Shown in pieces: positions 27,660-32,000 of a DNA stretch of 32,000 nucleotides. Both the position numbers and the translations under genes were made by a program. The notes beneath the pieces are model-generated. The model did not search any database, was not told the DNA's origin, and worked only from the letters and a program-made list of their open reading frames with translations. Positions within the stretch are counted from its first letter, which is position 1. Each line of letters begins with the position of its first letter. Source of the stretch: Mycobacterium tuberculosis H37Rv (GTDB lineage Bacteria > Actinomycetota > Actinomycetes > Mycobacteriales > Mycobacteriaceae); the NCBI RefSeq assembly GCF_000195955.2, contig NC_000962.3:2220001-2252000 (forward strand). Direction: 5' to 3'.

Positions 27660-28442
27660 ATGTCTGGACGGTTGATAGGAAAGGTCGCACTTGTCAGCGG
27701 CGGGGCGCGCGGTATGGGTGCATCCCATGTGCGGGCGATGGTGGCCGAAGGCGCAAAGGTTGTGTTCGGCGACATCCTCGACGAGGAGGGCAAGGCGGTG
27801 GCCGCCGAACTGGCCGATGCGGCCCGCTACGTCCATCTCGACGTTACCCAACCCGCGCAATGGACGGCTGCGGTGGACACCGCGGTCACCGCATTCGGTG
27901 GCCTGCACGTGCTGGTCAACAACGCCGGCATTCTCAACATCGGGACGATCGAGGACTACGCCCTCACCGAATGGCAGCGCATCCTCGATGTCAACCTGAC
28001 CGGAGTCTTCCTGGGCATCCGCGCTGTCGTCAAGCCAATGAAAGAGGCTGGTCGCGGCTCCATCATCAACATTTCGTCGATCGAGGGGCTGGCCGGCACG
28101 GTTGCTTGTCATGGCTATACCGCCACCAAGTTCGCCGTGCGGGGGCTGACCAAGTCCACCGCTCTCGAGTTGGGGCCCAGCGGAATTCGAGTCAACTCGA
28201 TTCACCCTGGGTTGGTCAAGACGCCGATGACTGACTGGGTCCCCGAAGACATCTTCCAGACCGCGCTGGGCCGCGCGGCCGAACCCGTGGAAGTGTCCAA
28301 CCTCGTCGTCTACCTGGCCAGCGATGAGTCGAGCTATTCCACCGGCGCGGAATTTGTGGTCGACGGCGGGACCGTAGCTGGCCTGGCACACAACGACTTC
28401 GGTGCCGTCGAGGTGTCCTCGCAGCCGGAATGGGTGACGTAA
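27660..28442 (+). CDS. fabG3: Short-chain dehydrogenase, 3-alpha/20-beta-hydroxysteroid dehydrogenase FabG3 (260 aa)
   Basis: GKVALVSGGARGMG cofactor loop, NNAG, and catalytic S...YTATK. ATG 27660 preceded by GAGGAG with a 5-nt spacer. Confidence 0.93.
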   Translation: MSGRLIGKVALVSGGARGMGASHVRAMVAEGAKVVFGDILDEEGKAVAAELADAARYVHLDVTQPAQWTAAVDTAVTAFGGLHVLVNNAGILNIGTIEDYALTEWQRILDVNLTGVFLGIRAVVKPMKEAGRGSIINISSIEGLAGTVACHGYTATKFAVRGLTKSTALELGPSGIRVNSIHPGLVKTPMTDWVPEDIFQTALGRAAEPVEVSNLVVYLASDESSYSTGAEFVVDGGTVAGLAHNDFGAVEVSSQPEWVT

Positions 28443-28562
28443 ACGCCGATTGGCAGGCAATGCCCGACCGGTCTGGCGATGACGATCGCGTCCGCGCTCA
28501 ACCGCAATCGGATACCCAGCCGGCCTGTCCCGCACCCGGCCCAAGGAACGGCGTCGTGGTGG

Positions 28563-29252
28563 CTATTCCGACTCGAGTGGGTGATCATCCTTAGGCTCGT
28601 GCGCTTGGTCGACCGCCGAGATAGCAACGAAGCCGGCGCCGGCTTGGATACCGTCATGGGCGGCTTCGATGTCGTACCGGGCGAGTCCCGGCGGTTGGTG
28701 CAGCGTGCAGCGGCGGGCGATGACCCGGAATCCCGAGTCTGCGAGCAGTTGTTCGAGTTCGGCCGCGGTGTAGAAGCGGGCGTCGCGGTAGCCTGGCTGT
28801 CCGCGGGCCGCGCGCAGAGCGTACAGGTCGGCCCACGGTGTCCCGCGAGGCAAGAACCCGATAACAAGGCCGCCGCCGTCGGCGAGCAGACGCCGCGTTT
28901 CCCGGAATATGGCGGCCGGGTCGGTGACGAAACAGAGCGTGAATGCCATGAGGACCGCCCCGAAGTGCCGGCTGACGAAAGGGACCGCCTCGCCGACGGC
29001 ATTGGCGACCAGGACGCCGCGCCGGCGTGCGAACATCAGCGCATCACGGGATGGATCGAGTCCGAACCGCACGCCGAGCAGGTCGGCGAAACGTCCTGTA
29101 CCGACACCGATTTCCAAGCGTGGCTGGGCAAAGACCTCGATGAGCGGCCGCAACGCGGCGACCTCGGTCGCCAGGATCGGCCGCCCGGTGGGTGAGTCAT
29201 ACCAGGCGTCGTAGGCCGCCGCGTCGCGCCCGGCGGCCGACGATGCCGGCAT
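28563..29252 (-). CDS. Class I SAM-dependent methyltransferase (Rv2003c-like); start placed at ATG 29252, ORF open to 29420
   Basis: LEIGVGTGRFA SAM loop. The first 56 codons of the 285-codon ORF are Arg/Pro/Trp-rich and overlap a better-looking ORF in another frame (29260..29457). The methyltransferase-like sequence begins at MPASSAAGRDAAAYDAWYD. Confidence 0.8.
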   Translation of the reverse strand: MPASSAAGRDAAAYDAWYDSPTGRPILATEVAALRPLIEVFAQPRLEIGVGTGRFADLLGVRFGLDPSRDALMFARRRGVLVANAVGEAVPFVSRHFGAVLMAFTLCFVTDPAAIFRETRRLLADGGGLVIGFLPRGTPWADLYALRAARGQPGYRDARFYTAAELEQLLADSGFRVIARRCTLHQPPGLARYDIEAAHDGIQAGAGFVAISAVDQAHEPKDDHPLESE

Positions 29253-29259
29253 CCGGGTG

Positions 29260-29457
29260 TCAGGCGTCACCGCGAGCTGATTCCAGCAACAATCGGCGTT
29301 CGGCGGCCGCGACCGACCCCGGGGTAGCAGCAATCGCGCCCGAATGGACCGACACTGAGGTGATTCCCATCCGGACCAGATGCTCGGCGAAAGTCGGGTT
29401 GCCCGAGAGCGCTTGACCACACAGCGACGATGTGCTGCTGACAGTGATGGTTGGCAT
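29260..29457 (-). pseudogene. 65-codon ORF encoding the C-terminal tail of a PEP-utilising enzyme (PpsA-type TIM-barrel end); remnant, possibly still translated
   Basis: SLCGQALSGNPTFAEHLVRMGITSVSVHSGAIAATPGSVAAAERRL aligns by eye with the E. coli PpsA C-terminus ICGQGPSDHEDFAAWLMEEGIDSLSLNPDTVVQTWLSLAE. AAAGGAAAA SD-like sequence upstream of the ATG. Confidence 0.5.
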
Positions 29458-29477
29458 CGGTTTTCCTTTCGGCGTTC

Positions 29478-30974
29478 TCAGATCGCGCTGCGCCAGATGT
29501 GGTAGGCCTGTCCCACGGAGCGCTCACGCGGCCCCGCCGTGTCGATCCGGTGCCCGGTGTCCCAGTCCGCTTGCCGGGCGGCCAAGGCCGCCGCGATCTC
29601 GGCGGTGGCGTCGGAGTTGCCCCCGGCTCTAGCAACGATTCTGTCGGCCATCACGTCAACCGTCGCCGAACACCTGAATTCGACAATCGCCGAGTGCGTG
29701 TCCGCCGCGAGACGCCGGGCGCAGGCGCGCATCTGCGGATCACCCCAGGTACCGTCGAGGATCACTGAGTGCCCACTACCCAAGAGCAGGCGGGCTTTGC
29801 GCAGCGCCTCCTGGTAGACCGCCACAACGTTGGCACGACTGTAGAGCCCGGAGTCCAAAACGCCGGGCTCCCCGGTGATTACTCCGCAATCGCGTAGCCG
29901 CCGGCGCACATCGTCGGTTGAGATCACCTGCGCCCCCACCAGTTCGGCGACCCCGCGGGCCAGGGTCGACTTGCCGGTGCCCGGATTGCCACCGACCAGC
30001 GCCAACCGGACCGTAGCGTGCTGTAGGTGTTGGGTGGCGATGATCAGGTGGCGCACGGCGTCCGCAGCGGCCTCCGGTTTGCCCTGGGAGAATCGCACGC
30101 ACTCGACTTTCGCGCGCACCACCGCGCGATAAGCAATGTAGAAGTCGCGCAGCGACGCCGGGGCGGTATCACCCGAACGCACCGCATAGCCGGCCAGGAA
30201 GTAGTCCCCAAGATCTTTGCGGCCCAAGAACTCCAGATCCATGGCCAAAAAGGCGGCGTCGTCGATGCGGTCGAGGTAGCGAAGCTCGTCTTCGAACTCC
30301 AAGCAATCCAGCAGCGCCGGTTCGCCATCCACCAAGAAGATGTCATCGGCCAGTAGATCCGCGTGGCCGTCTACAATACAACCTTCTTTGATCCGGCCGG
30401 CGAACAAAACCTCGCGCCCGGAAACGAATTCGTCGACCATGTGTTCAATCCGCCGAATCACATCCCCGGAGACCACTTTGTCCGCGTGGTGGCGAAGTTC
30501 GGCCAGGTTTTCGTGCCAACGCCGCGCCACCGCACCGACCTCGCCTTGAGTATCGATGCACCGGTTACGCTGTGCGCGCTGGTGAAACCGGGCCAACACC
30601 TCAGCGATCGCGTCCAGGGCACCCTCGACCGGCAGGCCGGCGGTCACCATCGACGCCAGCCGCTGCTTGTCGCGGTAACGCCGCATGACGACGACCGGTT
30701 CGGCGTGCCCGCCGCTTGGATCGCTGAGATGGGCAATGCCCAAGTAGCTCTGCGCGGCCAGCCGACTATTCAACTCGAATTCCCGGATACAGGCGCGCTC
30801 ACGCTGTTCCGCCGTGCGGAAGTCGCAGAAATCCGTCACCACAGGCTTTTTCGCCTTGAACGCCCGGTCGCCGGCCAACACAACCACTGCGGTGTGGGTT
30901 TCGCGCACATCGATGAAAGGCTCATCTGTCACAGGATGGGCGTCACACGTGCCGTCGTTGGTCGGTGAGTCCAT
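29478..30974 (-). CDS. Two-domain protein: N-terminal aminoglycoside-phosphotransferase/protein-kinase-like fold and C-terminal P-loop kinase (Rv2004c-like, 498 aa)
   Basis: IVDGHADLLADDIFLVDGEPALLDCLEFEDELRYLDRIDDAAFLAMDLE (APH-like catalytic region) and Walker A GGNPGTGKSTLA. ATG 30972-30974 gives 498 aa; a TTG at 30986 is also open. Confidence 0.88.
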   Translation of the reverse strand: MDSPTNDGTCDAHPVTDEPFIDVRETHTAVVVLAGDRAFKAKKPVVTDFCDFRTAEQRERACIREFELNSRLAAQSYLGIAHLSDPSGGHAEPVVVMRRYRDKQRLASMVTAGLPVEGALDAIAEVLARFHQRAQRNRCIDTQGEVGAVARRWHENLAELRHHADKVVSGDVIRRIEHMVDEFVSGREVLFAGRIKEGCIVDGHADLLADDIFLVDGEPALLDCLEFEDELRYLDRIDDAAFLAMDLEFLGRKDLGDYFLAGYAVRSGDTAPASLRDFYIAYRAVVRAKVECVRFSQGKPEAAADAVRHLIIATQHLQHATVRLALVGGNPGTGKSTLARGVAELVGAQVISTDDVRRRLRDCGVITGEPGVLDSGLYSRANVVAVYQEALRKARLLLGSGHSVILDGTWGDPQMRACARRLAADTHSAIVEFRCSATVDVMADRIVARAGGNSDATAEIAAALAARQADWDTGHRIDTAGPRERSVGQAYHIWRSAI

Positions 30975-30995
30975 GGCGGTAGCCAAGCCAAGTAG

Positions 30996-31883
30996 TCACG
31001 ACTGCCGTGCCACGATCACTGGCACCCGCGCGGCGTGTAAGACCGCGTTACTGACCGACCCCAGAAGCATGCCGGTCAAGCCACCTCGGCCATGACTGCC
31101 AACGACGACAAGCTGGGCGGACGCCGACTTTTGCACCAGCTTCCGCGCCGGGCGATCGCAAACGACAACCCGGCTCACCGGCACATCGGGATAGCGTTCT
31201 TGCCAACCTGCCAAGCGTTCGGCGAGACTAAGCTCCGCTTCCTGCTGTACAGCCGAGAAGTCCAAACCCGGAAGTTCCACCACTTCGACGTCACTCCACG
31301 CGTGCACGGCGATCAGTTCGACGCCGCGGCGCGACGCCTCGTCAAATGCCACCGCCGTCGCAAGCTCCGAAACCGGCGAACCGTCGATTCCCACCAGCAC
31401 GGGAGCGTGCTGCGGATCAGGGATCACCGCATCATCGCTGTGGATGACCGCGACCGGGCACCCGGCGCGTCGCACCAGGCTCGAGCTGACCGAACCGAGC
31501 AAGCCTCGGGCCAGCGCTCCCCGGCCCGAGCTGCCCAACACCACCATCTCTGCCTCGTTGGAGATTTCAACCATGGTAGGTACCGGCGTGGAAAATACGA
31601 GCTCGCTCTTTACGCTGAGCTTTCGATCCGCTCCAACCGCCTCTTTGGCGAGCTTGACGGCGTTGGCGACGATCTGGCGACCCTCGTCCTCCTGCCAAAC
31701 CCCCCAGGTCTCCGGATACGGCATCGGCGGCCACGTCGCTACATCGGCGTTCACCACGTGGACCACGGTCAGCGGAATGTTCCTCATCGCCGCATCGGTG
31801 GCACCCCAACAGGCGGCGGCATCCGATTCGAGCGAACCATCTACCCCGACGACAACTCCGTGCTGCTTGCGGGGTTTAGACAT
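30996..31883 (-). CDS. Tandem-domain universal stress protein (Rv2005c-like, 295 aa)
   Basis: VVVGVDGSLES... and VLVGIDGSPVS... USP domains with GSVS motifs. AAGGGAGAA SD upstream. Paralogous to the USP at 19004..19957. Confidence 0.93.
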   Translation of the reverse strand: MSKPRKQHGVVVGVDGSLESDAAACWGATDAAMRNIPLTVVHVVNADVATWPPMPYPETWGVWQEDEGRQIVANAVKLAKEAVGADRKLSVKSELVFSTPVPTMVEISNEAEMVVLGSSGRGALARGLLGSVSSSLVRRAGCPVAVIHSDDAVIPDPQHAPVLVGIDGSPVSELATAVAFDEASRRGVELIAVHAWSDVEVVELPGLDFSAVQQEAELSLAERLAGWQERYPDVPVSRVVVCDRPARKLVQKSASAQLVVVGSHGRGGLTGMLLGSVSNAVLHAARVPVIVARQS

Positions 31884-31934
31884 CTCATTCTCCCTTCGCC
31901 TCGAGCAACGCTATGAACCGGGACAGTCACCGGT

Positions 31935-31954
31935 CATGAGGCTTTAGTCCCCAA
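31935..31954. promoter_or_regulatory. DosR (DevR) box candidate upstream of the Rv2005c-like USP operon
   Basis: CATGAGGCTTTAGTCCCCAA against the remembered consensus TTSGGGACTWWAGTCCCSAA gives 15/20 by hand. The whole right half CTTTAGTCCCCAA matches. Located 52-71 nt upstream of the ATG at 31883. Confidence 0.55.
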
Positions 31955-32000
31955 TCGGACGGCCAACCGACCATGATTGGATTCGACGCCCGAATCCAAG

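Overview
GC-rich actinobacterial chromosome. From the translated proteins I recognise the Mycobacterium tuberculosis complex segment from Rv1977 to Rv2005c (locus tags and published lengths are from memory). I saw no rRNA, tRNA, CRISPR array or IS element. The window has four parts. (1) About 0.9-12.2 kb is the RD2-type block: mpt64, nrdF1, vapBC36, PE_PGRS35, cfp21, lysG/lysE, a CBM2 protein and erm(37). (2) About 12.2-14.9 kb is a compact toxin-antitoxin and gene-decay islet. It holds an apparently unannotated RHH antitoxin-like ORF plus a truncated PIN remnant, the RES-Xre pair mbcTA, two abutting gene fragments, and mazEF6. (3) About 15.0-18.9 kb is the metal-efflux operon cmtR-pacL2-ctpG, with a divergent Tat-lipoprotein hemerythrin-like gene. 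(4) About 19-32 kb is a dormancy (DosR)-regulon neighbourhood: two inverted tandem-USP paralogues, ctpF, Rv1998c-Rv2005c, and a good DosR half-site at the right edge. The most interesting system is mbcTA with its flanking decayed modules. The candidates least likely to be annotated already are: a 31-codon SD-preceded uORF overlapping the nrdF1 start by ATGA; the RHH/PIN remnant downstream of erm(37); a frameshifted unknown ORF fused to an SDR fragment; and a 65-codon tail of a PEP-utilising enzyme between Rv2004c and Rv2003c, which suggests the Rv2003c start is annotated too far upstream. TANNNT-N6/7-start arrangements suggest leaderless transcripts for vapB36, the DUF167 ORF, lysE, mazE6 and cmtR. 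All regulatory calls are sequence-pattern inferences without statistical support.
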